Shown in pieces: positions 1 through 8,677 of a DNA stretch of 64,000 bases (position 1 is the stretch's first letter; each line of letters opens with the position of its first letter). Source of the DNA: Macrostomum lignano (taxonomy: Eukaryota); the NCBI GenBank assembly GCA_002269645.1, contig NIVC01000713.1, forward strand, positions 124,001-188,000. Direction: 5' to 3'. The translations under genes and the position numbers were made by a program. Below the pieces are notes generated by a model. It worked only from the letters and a program-made list of their open reading frames with translations. It was not told the origin of the DNA and ran no database searches.

Positions 1-248
1 CACAAGTTTATCAAGCTATTATTGCTACGAATTGTTACCGGAGACCGGCAAACAACCCAAGTTCCGATAGAATTTCAGCTTCTGGATCCTTAGTGCATTC
101 TTTCTACACAAGTTTTTCTAGCGCTTACACTCTCTGCCCAAGTCTATGGCCAAACCCTATAGAGCAATATGGTAAAGAAGCAATTTTTGCTATATAGGTT
201 TAGAAAACACAACTGTACTTTAGGCGCGGCTCTCTTCAATAATTTGTT

Positions 249-262
249 GATGTTGTACTGTT
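249..262. repeat. Target-site duplication, left copy (14 bp)
   Basis: GATGTTGTACTGTT, identical to 6019-6032; the neighbouring bases differ on both sides. Confidence 0.95.
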
Positions 263-372
263 TGACTTACTTGACTTAGCTGCAGGGTGGTCCGTAGACA
301 CAGCGGGGAGGCGAGGGTCGCCCATTCCGCTAGCCCCTGAAGGCCCGCAGACAGGCAGAGGCGTGGGGCCGG

Positions 373-3300
373 TCAGGGTGGTCCGCCGGTCCGTCCTGCA
401 GCGTGATCTTCCGTTGGGAAGAAACTGGCTCGTCTAGTCGCCCGAAGGAACTGGATGAGCCGTGGGATGCTGTCGGGCTGGCAAACCTCGTCAATGGACG
501 GGTTCGGCCCGAGGTAGCGTAGCCGGTCTCTGTTAAAGAAAGGACAGTGACAGACAAAGTGCTGAGCATCTTCATTGTCGCACTCGCAAAAGGGGCAAAT
601 TTCGCTCTCGAGGTCGCCTCGGAGGAAGCAGTGCCTGGCGAGGTAGCCATGGCCGGTAAGGGTCATGACAAGGGCTCGAATATCCTTCCGATTCTGGTTC
701 AGAAGGATGTTTCTGAGCCTGTGAGACGGGCAAGGAACCGCGGCACGAGATTGCCGGCAGTTTTGGGTGCCCGCCCATCTGTCCCTGTGGAGGGAGTCAG
801 CCCAGTCGTCGATCTGACGATTGATGACTGTCAAGGGCATAGGGACCAGGGGGGCAGGGCCGAAAAAAGAGCCAGAGCCGCCCCTCTTGGCGAGGGTGTC
901 TGCCAGCTCGTTCCCCGGAAACCCTGCGTGCCCTGGGATCCACTTCAGCCTGACAGTATTGCTTCTGGCCAGGAGGTTGAGCTGCCGGGCGCAGTCGGCG
1001 ACTGTCCGGGAGTTCGTTGTGGTGTGGCAAAGGGCCTGTAAGGCCGCTTGGCTGTCGGAGTGGATGACAATAGTCTTTCCTCTCGTAACCTTGGCGTTTA
1101 GCTCTGCAGCGCAAGAGCTGATGGCAAGGACTTCGTTCTGGAAGACTGTGGAGAGTCTACCAGTGTGCTGGGCATGCGTGGCAATTACGCGGCCGTTGAT
1201 GATGATGCAGACCCCAAAGCCGGCGCGACCGTCTTTGATGGATCCGTCCGTGTAGCAATGGACCTCCTGGAAATTCCAGTGGTCATTGGCAGCATCCCTA
1301 GAGGGGATGGTGACCTTGTAGCGCTGAAAGAGGTTGAGAGTGCGGGGTTCGCCGTCAGATAGGACGTGGAGCCCGCCGCTGTCTCTCAAGTCCTTGAGGC
1401 AGAGGTCAGCGTGGGGCAGAAGCTTGCGCTTAGCCATGGCCCTATGGGGCTGGATTCGAATGCCAGCGTCAGCTAGACGGCGGGCAGTCTTAGCCGCTTC
1501 CCTGCGGACAAAGATGTCCAGCGGAGGAATGTTGAGGAAGGCGTTGAGGCCATCGTAAGGAGCAGACGGAGGGGCGCTCATGATCGTGCGACAAGCGCGC
1601 CCTTGCGCTCTCCTGAGAGCCTCTAGACAGGTCTTTATCTGCAGGGCGCTAGCCCAGATCAGGCCGCCATACGAGATAGCGGGCCTAACCATTGCAGTGT
1701 AGATCCACCAGAGGCGCTTGGGGGTGAGCCCCCAGGTGGTGCCGACGGCCCTGCGCAATTGCGCGAGGACTGCGAAGGCCTTTTTGGCTTTTGTTTGAAC
1801 GTGGGGAGACCAGTTCAGCCTGTGGTCCAGGGTAATACCCAGACATTTAGTCTGCTTGCAGAAGGGGATTTCCCTTCCGTAAAGCGTGAGCGGCCGAATC
1901 TGCCACTTGGTCCTGCTGGTGAACATGATCGCTGCGGTCTTAGTCTCAGAGAGCCTTAAACCACAGCGGTCCGCCCATTGCTCAGCAGCGTAGATGAAGT
2001 TCTGAAGAAGGTCCCTGAGGGTATCAGGGGACGGACCAGATGCCACCGCGGTGACATCGTCCGCATATCCAACTTTCAGAATGGGGTCAGGCCGAACATC
2101 CCGGAGGAGCTCATCGATGACCATATTCCAGAGAACTGGAGACAGCACCCCACCTTGCGGGCTACCTTTGCAGACGGGGACCGTCCTCTGGTAGCCCAGC
2201 AGACTGGCGGTGGCCGTGCGATGGCTGATCATGTACATGATCCATCTGGTGAGATGTGAGTGCGTTAGCCTCTCACAAAGAGCTCTTCGGAACGCCTCAA
2301 AGAGGACGTTATCGAAGGCGCCAATGATGTCCAGGAAGATCCCCAGAGCAAAGCCACTACCAAGCACGGCCTTCTCGAGTTTATCGACCAGGACGTGCAG
2401 CGCGCTTTCAGTGGAGCGACCCGCCCGAAAAGCGTGCTGGTTCTCGCTGAGAGGTTTGTTCTTCAGCTCAACAGAGAGAAGGCGCCAAAGCACCAGTCTC
2501 TCCATCAGCTTGACCAGGGAGGAGGTCAAGCTGATCGGTCTGAAGGATTTGATAGAATGGTAGTCCGGGCGGCCTGGCTTAGGGATAAAGATCACCTTTG
2601 CCTCGGTCCATGCCTGCGGGACATAACCAAGCGTGATGCATGCCCGAAGAAGGCTGCAAAGTTTGCGCAGGAAGCCTGGGCATTTAACCGCCTCTCTTAG
2701 AAGGGCCGGTACAATGCCGTCGGGTCCTGGGGCTTTGAAAGGCTTGAAGGAATTTGCCGCTCTCACAATGCGGTCCTCCGTGATGATAGATGCAGCCAGC
2801 GCGTGACCTCCCTCCGAGTGATCCGGAGTGGTCTGGTTAGCTGGCTCGTTAGGGAAAAACGCAGTGAGCATTACATCAAGCGTTTCCCCTGGGTTGTCCG
2901 TGGACGTACCGTCGGTGCGTTTGACCGAGGAGAGCTTAGACATTTTGTCCAGCGTGAGCGCTTTCACAACTCTGGAGGTGGGGCGTGAGCCCTCTAGCTC
3001 CTCACAGTATTGTCGCCATTTTTGAGCCTTTGCATTCCTAACCTGCCTTTTAAACTCATGAATTGCTTCATGATAGGCGGTTTGGTCTGCAGGGCTCTTA
3101 GTTTTAGTTGCTCTGCGGTGGAGTCTCTTAGCCCTGCGACGGAGGTTGCCGAGCTCGGGATTCCACCACGGCGCCGATTTTTTCCCTTTATAGGCTTTTA
3201 AAGGGCAGGACGCCTCAAAGGCGGCGGTTAGCGTCTCTGTCAAAACAGTCGCGCACTCATCCGCCTCTCGGCACGACGTGATCGTGAATGGTTGGCCAGG

Positions 3301-4077
3301 AGACCGATGGAATTCCTTCAGGGCGAGCCCGAAGGTTTCCCAATCAGTATTTCTGGCGTTCCGTCTCCACATAACACGAGTTGCGCTACGCGCGGCCATT
3401 AGGTTGAAGGAGATGAACTTGTGATCCGATAGTGAGGACACTGGAAGCACCCGCCACGCCCCAATACTCTGGTAGAGTCTGGGCGTTGCGAGCGTAGCGT
3501 CGATCACCTCCGACCACCGTCCGTTGTCAAAGGTAGGGGTGGACCCAGAGTTGCAGAACTCGAGGGTCGTAGAGGCAACGTAGGCTAGGAGGTCTTCGCC
3601 TCTCTGATTAATGCCAGTGCTGCCCCAGTGAGTGTGGTGGGCGTTGATGTCGCCGGCAACCATGAGCTCGTAGTTTTTGGCAGAGCAGAGCTCTACCAGC
3701 GTAGCGAGGGCTCTGGGGACGACCGCAGCATCGCCTGGTAGGTAAACCGAGGCAATGAGGGTGGTCTTCCCAGGAAGAAGGTCCTCGGATTGGATGACGC
3801 AGATGTCCCTGTTGGACAGGTCCGATCTGAGCCACGCACTGAGCGTTTTGCTCGCAAAGATGCAAGCTCTGGGAGGCTGGTTGGCCTCGCGAGGGTAAGT
3901 ATAAAAACAATTGTAGCCAGCAGGGGCGTTTTGAGGCTTACCTCTGAGAGTCCAGGGTTCCTGGACGAGGATGAGCCCCGGCTTGTCGAGCTCGGCGTAA
4001 CGCATAAGGTTGACCGAGGCTGCGACGCAGTGCTGCAGATTAATCTGCAGGCAATGGATTCCCTGGTTGCTGATCAT
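373..4077 (-). CDS. LINE ORF2 polyprotein: apurinic-like endonuclease, reverse transcriptase, RNase H and C-terminal Cys/His motif
   Basis: APE motifs (LVQEPW, GDINAH, IDATL, SDH). RT motifs (KAPGPDG, FRPISL, DIIGAFD, PQGGVLSP, YADD). RNase H (YTDGS, NEVLAI, SDSQAAL, WIPGH, GNELAD). CPFC..EDAQHFVCHC. The first ATG is at 4077; the track starts at GTG 4083. Confidence 0.97.
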   Translation of the reverse strand: MISNQGIHCLQINLQHCVAASVNLMRYAELDKPGLILVQEPWTLRGKPQNAPAGYNCFYTYPREANQPPRACIFASKTLSAWLRSDLSNRDICVIQSEDLLPGKTTLIASVYLPGDAAVVPRALATLVELCSAKNYELMVAGDINAHHTHWGSTGINQRGEDLLAYVASTTLEFCNSGSTPTFDNGRWSEVIDATLATPRLYQSIGAWRVLPVSSLSDHKFISFNLMAARSATRVMWRRNARNTDWETFGLALKEFHRSPGQPFTITSCREADECATVLTETLTAAFEASCPLKAYKGKKSAPWWNPELGNLRRRAKRLHRRATKTKSPADQTAYHEAIHEFKRQVRNAKAQKWRQYCEELEGSRPTSRVVKALTLDKMSKLSSVKRTDGTSTDNPGETLDVMLTAFFPNEPANQTTPDHSEGGHALAASIITEDRIVRAANSFKPFKAPGPDGIVPALLREAVKCPGFLRKLCSLLRACITLGYVPQAWTEAKVIFIPKPGRPDYHSIKSFRPISLTSSLVKLMERLVLWRLLSVELKNKPLSENQHAFRAGRSTESALHVLVDKLEKAVLGSGFALGIFLDIIGAFDNVLFEAFRRALCERLTHSHLTRWIMYMISHRTATASLLGYQRTVPVCKGSPQGGVLSPVLWNMVIDELLRDVRPDPILKVGYADDVTAVASGPSPDTLRDLLQNFIYAAEQWADRCGLRLSETKTAAIMFTSRTKWQIRPLTLYGREIPFCKQTKCLGITLDHRLNWSPHVQTKAKKAFAVLAQLRRAVGTTWGLTPKRLWWIYTAMVRPAISYGGLIWASALQIKTCLEALRRAQGRACRTIMSAPPSAPYDGLNAFLNIPPLDIFVRREAAKTARRLADAGIRIQPHRAMAKRKLLPHADLCLKDLRDSGGLHVLSDGEPRTLNLFQRYKVTIPSRDAANDHWNFQEVHCYTDGSIKDGRAGFGVCIIINGRVIATHAQHTGRLSTVFQNEVLAISSCAAELNAKVTRGKTIVIHSDSQAALQALCHTTTNSRTVADCARQLNLLARSNTVRLKWIPGHAGFPGNELADTLAKRGGSGSFFGPAPLVPMPLTVINRQIDDWADSLHRDRWAGTQNCRQSRAAVPCPSHRLRNILLNQNRKDIRALVMTLTGHGYLARHCFLRGDLESEICPFCECDNEDAQHFVCHCPFFNRDRLRYLGPNPSIDEVCQPDSIPRLIQFLRATRRASFFPTEDHAAGRTGGPP

Positions 4078-4079
4078 TA

Positions 4080-5546
4080 TCACGCAGTTGGGGAATCGTT
4101 GAGCAGGTCATCCTCCTCCTTTTCAGTGGTGGGTGACCCGCAGACCTCCATGGGAGTTTCAGCGTCCTCAGCAGTTAGGGTGGCTGTGGAGTCCTCCGCG
4201 GACGTGAGCCCAGCGTGGACGTTACCGTCGCCTCTCCTGCGTGCTTCGGTGCTGTCACTGCCCGTCCCCTCTGCCTCGTCGGTCAGGTCGATGCGGGTGG
4301 CGCCAGCCTCCTGGTGAGTCACAGACTCGAACCAGTCGGTCGGAGCCTCCCCGCTTAGAGTCTGGCCTTCTGGCTGTTGGGGTGGAGCGCGAGAAGCGCG
4401 GGCCCGCTCACGATGCGCACGAAGGTTCTTGGCCTGGTCCAGCGCGCGCTGGATCAGGCCGGACCTCCGGGTGCTCCTGGCGGGTCTGCGATTGCGATTT
4501 CCGGTTTCAGCAGCGCGAACTGCCTTACCGGGCATAGGATCGGCCGTTTGCCTCGGCTTCTTTGCCGGAGGAGCCTGGGCCCCAGTTCCGGTTTCGGAAG
4601 CTTTGGCATTCTTGGCTTCATCAGCTTTCCGCTCCTCGCAACGGAGGATGGTCAGCTGAGTCAGACCAATATGAATTGTGGACTTAGGCGGCAAGCGCTT
4701 AGCCCAGTCATCAGAGAGCCCTAGGATCACCGTAGCCCCCTTCTCCTTGCGGGAAGTGGCGTGGTGTAGGAGCCCGTTGACCTTAAGGTCGGGGTGCAGC
4801 TTTAGCAATATTTGCCTAAGCTGATCTCCGGACTTAATGGCACTGCCGGCCGGGATCCAGACGCGAAAGCGCTGGGTCTTCTGTCGTTCGCCCTCGCTGG
4901 CGAAGACGAGCTTGCCGAGCTTCTTGGGCCAGTTCAGCTTTGGCAGAAGCTCGCGTAGATTGCGGCTGCTCTCCTCCGAGCTGCACCAGATGAAGATGCA
5001 GCCGTCGGTCTTGGCAGACTTGACCACGCTCACAGGGCGGCCCGCCAGGAGCTGGTCGATGAGCGCAGCATCGATGGTGCGCCAGGCACTGTCGAGCTCG
5101 TCGGCCGTGAGGTCCTGCTCTTCCCCGAAGACGATGACCGCCGGTTGGAGCTTGACCTTTGAGGCGTAGTTGGTGGCGGCGGTTCCCGAAGGCCCGGCCG
5201 CGCTTGTAGCAGGTATACTGGGTGGCTCACCAGCGGGGGTTGTATCCTGGGGGGCAGGGGTTGCTGTGGTTCCTTTCGGCCCAACAGCAGCCTCGCCCTC
5301 CCTAGGTTCCCCTTCCGCCGGTGGCCGGCCCGCAGTACCCCGTAGTCGCCGTCGCCGCTCGTTGCGGCGTTGGTTGCGGGTGCGTCGGGCTTCAGCGGAG
5401 GGCCCGGTTGCGCGTGCGGGCATGTCACCAGCCGAGCCGGCGGCAAGCCCATCTGCCCCCGGTGGGGCGGCGCTGGTGCCAGAGTCACCGGCCGGAGTTG
5501 CCGGGGCCCCGGCTTCAGCGGGGGTTAAAGAGGCGGATGACGCCAT
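4080..5546 (-). CDS. LINE ORF1 protein (488 aa), presumed RNA-binding/chaperone
   Basis: ATG-initiated ORF directly upstream of ORF2. Arg-rich N- and C-terminal segments, a central folded-looking region (RFRVWIP...ATVILGL) and an acidic tail; no CCHC knuckle visible. Confidence 0.9.
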   Translation of the reverse strand: MASSASLTPAEAGAPATPAGDSGTSAAPPGADGLAAGSAGDMPARATGPSAEARRTRNQRRNERRRRLRGTAGRPPAEGEPREGEAAVGPKGTTATPAPQDTTPAGEPPSIPATSAAGPSGTAATNYASKVKLQPAVIVFGEEQDLTADELDSAWRTIDAALIDQLLAGRPVSVVKSAKTDGCIFIWCSSEESSRNLRELLPKLNWPKKLGKLVFASEGERQKTQRFRVWIPAGSAIKSGDQLRQILLKLHPDLKVNGLLHHATSRKEKGATVILGLSDDWAKRLPPKSTIHIGLTQLTILRCEERKADEAKNAKASETGTGAQAPPAKKPRQTADPMPGKAVRAAETGNRNRRPARSTRRSGLIQRALDQAKNLRAHRERARASRAPPQQPEGQTLSGEAPTDWFESVTHQEAGATRIDLTDEAEGTGSDSTEARRRGDGNVHAGLTSAEDSTATLTAEDAETPMEVCGSPTTEKEEDDLLNDSPTA

Positions 5547-5767
5547 AGCTGAAAGCGGGAAGGAGTGAGCTGAGTCACAAAAGAAAGAGGAAAGAAGAAA
5601 AAGAAAAGGACCGCTAGCGACCGGACAACCCCCCGGCCTTCCAGCCCATCGGCACGGTCAAACACCTTAGGCATTAGGGGGTACGTTAAGCAGTACCACG
5701 GCCTGCAGGCTGGCAAGCCAGACCCGCATACCCAAATTCGGCCGAAGCCACTGGATGGGTCGCCAGC

Positions 5768-6018
5768 GTCGGAGCCCAGTCTGTCCAGCAGCCCTAGGGT
5801 CTGCCTTGAACACACGCGGGGACGAGTACCCTGGGTCGACTTGTGAAACAGCGTGAGGGGGGGGGTCTGCGGCTGCCAGTGGCAAATAGCGGGTGCAGAC
5901 CTCCCTCTCCAGCCTTGACCTGCTGAATATAGGGGCAGGCGTGAAGCATCGCAGACCGTAGCCCTTAGGCCTGGTCTGTCTCATACTTCACTGGCGTGCT
6001 GAATACACCTTCGCGTGC
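5768..6018 (-). ncRNA. HDV-like self-cleaving ribozyme at the LINE 5' end
   Basis: P1 GCACGCG (6018-6012)/CGCGUGU (5818-5812) with a G1-U wobble; P3 GGG/CCC; L3 UACUCGU; P1.1 AC/GU; P4 5809-5784; putative catalytic C5783; P2 CCCA/UGGG plus GUCG/CGAC. G1 abuts the TSD. Confidence 0.8.
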
Positions 6019-6032
6019 GATGTTGTACTGTT
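6019..6032. repeat. Target-site duplication, right copy (14 bp)
   Basis: GATGTTGTACTGTT, identical to 249-262. Confidence 0.95.
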
Positions 6033-6158
6033 AATATTTGTTCAAATTGTCAATGGGGGGGGGGTCAATTCCCCTCACCTTCCGCTGACTCTCTTGAGCA
6101 GGCACACAAGCGCGCGGATACGTTTGCAGTCATACGCACAGGCACACACTCACACAGA

Positions 6159-6326
6159 CTTTATTTATCATTAGGCATGTACACTTCCCTGTGCCTCAAG
6201 GGGGTTGGCACTCAAGGGCGTTAATTGCACGAGCAGAGCCAAGCCGAGATCCCAATTTAGCCCCAAATTATTGTGATTGCACTGGGAATCGAGCCTGGGC
6301 CGCTAGACCACTGGGCTACGGCCCCC
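6159..6326 (-). mobile_element. tRNA-derived SINE, copy 1
   Basis: Pol III A box TAGCCCAGTGG (6318-6308) and B box GGCTCGATTCC (6295-6285), followed by a ~125-bp body ending CCTAATGATAAATAAAG; homologous to 27316-27503. Confidence 0.7.
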
Positions 6327-7574
6327 TTGCACACGACCAGACTGCCAGCCTTTCCAAGACAACTATTGCTACATATGGAGTAACTAAAATACACATGCAG
6401 CTAAGACTACGTCAGCTCACAGGGTGCAGAAAGTGCTAGTATAAATCTAAAAAGCAAGAAAACAAGACTAGACAAGATGCCGATTTGTTCAGCTTTCGAG
6501 GTCACACTCGGCCGGCTCTTCCTGCCGGCAGCATGCGGGAGCTCCGATAATTTGTGTTGACACTGGGGCTGGCCTGGCAGGATCCCGGAGGTAACAAGGG
6601 GACACGCCATGCATGGCAAAAACCAAATTGGGAGCGGTTAATTGCATTAGCAGGCTGGCTGCTGGGCCTTAGGCCACCGACATCAAGTCTTTGGCCTCCG
6701 ATGCTTCCTTCCTTCTTCATCCCCACTGATAATTTTGGTGCTTTCAATACTTTGAAGAGGCGAATCGAAGTGAGGTTAAATAGCCGTAGGTCATGAATGT
6801 TCAGCGGGAAATGGAGGCTCATGCATCGCTTCTCCACTGGTCAAGAAGTACGCGTGGATCCTGCAAGGTTCACTGCACTGCACTGCCGCAAAAAATCAAA
6901 TAAAAACTAATAATAAAATCATAAAAATTATGGAAATGTAGTTTGCGCCTTCACACTAGAACATAATATATTAGGGGTACTTTTGCACAAATTTTGTGTC
7001 AAGACATTTTTTTATAAATAGCCACCACGAGAGTTCAGCGCTGGTTTTCATCTTTTTGCACCTCGATTTTGTTTATTTCATTACGGAAGGGAATTATAAA
7101 TAAATTCCTTGACACCACCTCCAGCGTCTTTCAAGGTACAAACGAAACCTCAAAGGAAAGCTACATCAGGTAAACTGTACAGTTCAAATGACAATGCACT
7201 GCGGTAGATAAAATTTCACCCAGGGTTATGGATTAAGAGTTAATTGTTAAGACAGCAGATTCTACTATGACCGGAAGTTAATGTTATGTTAATGTTAATG
7301 TGTTGTTCATGTAGCAACTGGGCAATAAAACATGAAAAGAAGTCCTTCTCTTTAGAACATGTAGAAACAGCGTAACAGTGTCCCTATTGGCATCCAAATC
7401 CGATGTACTTTATTACAGTTGTAATATCCGCCATCAGCATTACGAGTGATCCCAGAAAACTCTACAAGACACAAGTGCTCAAGAGGCGATGCGGTAGGAA
7501 ACCAGCGCAACAGTCAACATGCAGCAAGTCGCAAGCAAGAACCAGCAGCAACAGGCTGTTTGCTGGCAGTCAAT

Positions 7575-8677
7575 TCAAATTACGCCGCTGTCAACGAAGT
7601 CATCGAGTTCGCGACACAGCTGAGTGAAGGCGGTGTGTAGACTGCAGTTTGCCGAAGCCTGCAAGAGGTGGTGATGCGAGAAAATGAAGTTCACCAACAT
7701 GCCAGACCTTGTACCTGCCCTGGAGACACTGTGAGCAAGGTTGGTCGGGAGAGGAAGACTGTGGTGGGGCAAATGAAGAACTAGTAGGTAGATAGGTAGA
7801 TTAGAGGACTGGTAGGTAGATTGAAGGACTGGTAAGTAGATTAGAGGACTGGTAGGTAGATTAGAGGACTGGTAGGTAGATTGAAGAACTGGTAGGGAGA
7901 TTACAAGACTAATAGGGAGATTGAAGGACTGGTAGGGAGATTACAAGACTAATAGGGAGATTGAAGGACTGGTAGGGAGATTGGAGGACTGGTAGCGAGA
8001 GGAATGATACAGTGGGGGCATAAACAAAAACAGAGCAGTGAATGTTAAAGAAACAAAAGCGACAAACGCAGGCACGGTGGCACTGAACAAACAAAATCCC
8101 ACAAACCTGGAACATGGCGTCAAGAACCTCCGGCCTACAGAAGAACTCAAAGACCAGTTCTAATAGGGCTTGAGACTTCTCAGTGAGATGCGAACCCAGC
8201 ATAGATCTCAGCAGCCGGTGACAGGCTTCCAACTGGTCGAGCAGGAAACACCGATCGTAAGTGTACTCAATCCGGTGGAAACTGCTCACAGACATGATCA
8301 GATTGCGAAACCTCAGCCGCAATTGGCGTCCACAATCTACCGACTCTTCGTCTCTGCTAAACTGCTCCTGACGGGCCAGCAAGCCAATTTTAACAACCAG
8401 CTTGATAACACTTTTAGTGACTTTCTCCGCCTCTCTGCGACTAGAAGCAACCAGCAGCAAAACTTTGAAGGCTTTGTCCAACAGGTTGTTAGCCCGTTCG
8501 TCTAGAATTAATCTGGCCGTTTTGCGGTTTGAGAGGCCGCTAGCTAGCTTGCGCTGGGCTTTGACCCCGATGGCGGATATGTTGAAGTCGGACACTGCAC
8601 GGTCAAGTGGAGGGTGGATCAGCAAGTGAGGTTGGTCCCGTTGATACTTTTATAGTTAGAAAAAGTATTCACTTACT
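7575..8677 (-). CDS. TNFAIP8: TNFAIP8/TIPE family protein, about 190 aa. Coding segments 8677 (A of ATG), 8594-8107, 7658-7575
   Basis: AQRKLAS, REAEKVTKSVIKLVVKIGLLARQEQF, HLTEKS..VFEFF, C-terminal LCRELDDFVDSGVI*. The phase-0 join CAG|GT...AG|GCT is clear; the first, 1-nt coding segment is inferred. Confidence 0.85.
7781..8000. repeat. 20-bp intronic minisatellite (CTGGTAGGTAGATTAGAGGA)
   Basis: About 11 tandem units in the TNFAIP8 intron. Confidence 0.85.

Larger units (their letters stand above)
263..6018 (-). mobile_element. Full-length non-LTR retrotransposon (LINE), LOA/Lian-like clade
   Basis: Two tandem uninterrupted ORFs, a structured 5' UTR of about 470 nt, and a short 3' UTR ending in an AAGTCAAGTAAGTCA tail. 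Bounded by identical GATGTTGTACTGTT copies at 249-262 and 6019-6032. The clade is inferred from the APE-RT-RNase H-Cys/His order and the QINLQH, DIIGAFD and GSPQGGVLSP motifs. Confidence 0.95.

Noticed and set aside
5727-5762. CGAA-UUUGGGU as the ribozyme J4/2-P2' segment
   Set aside because: That C lies in a GGC-UUCG-GCC hairpin, and the UGGGU has its own local ACCCA partner. The C5783 register closes P4 exactly.
330-5984. Plus-strand and alternative-frame ORFs overlapping the LINE
   Set aside because: GC-rich shadow frames of ORF1/ORF2 with no recognisable motifs.
7446-7640. Plus-strand 64-aa ORF
   Set aside because: Antisense to the last TNFAIP8 exon, which explains the coding-like composition.
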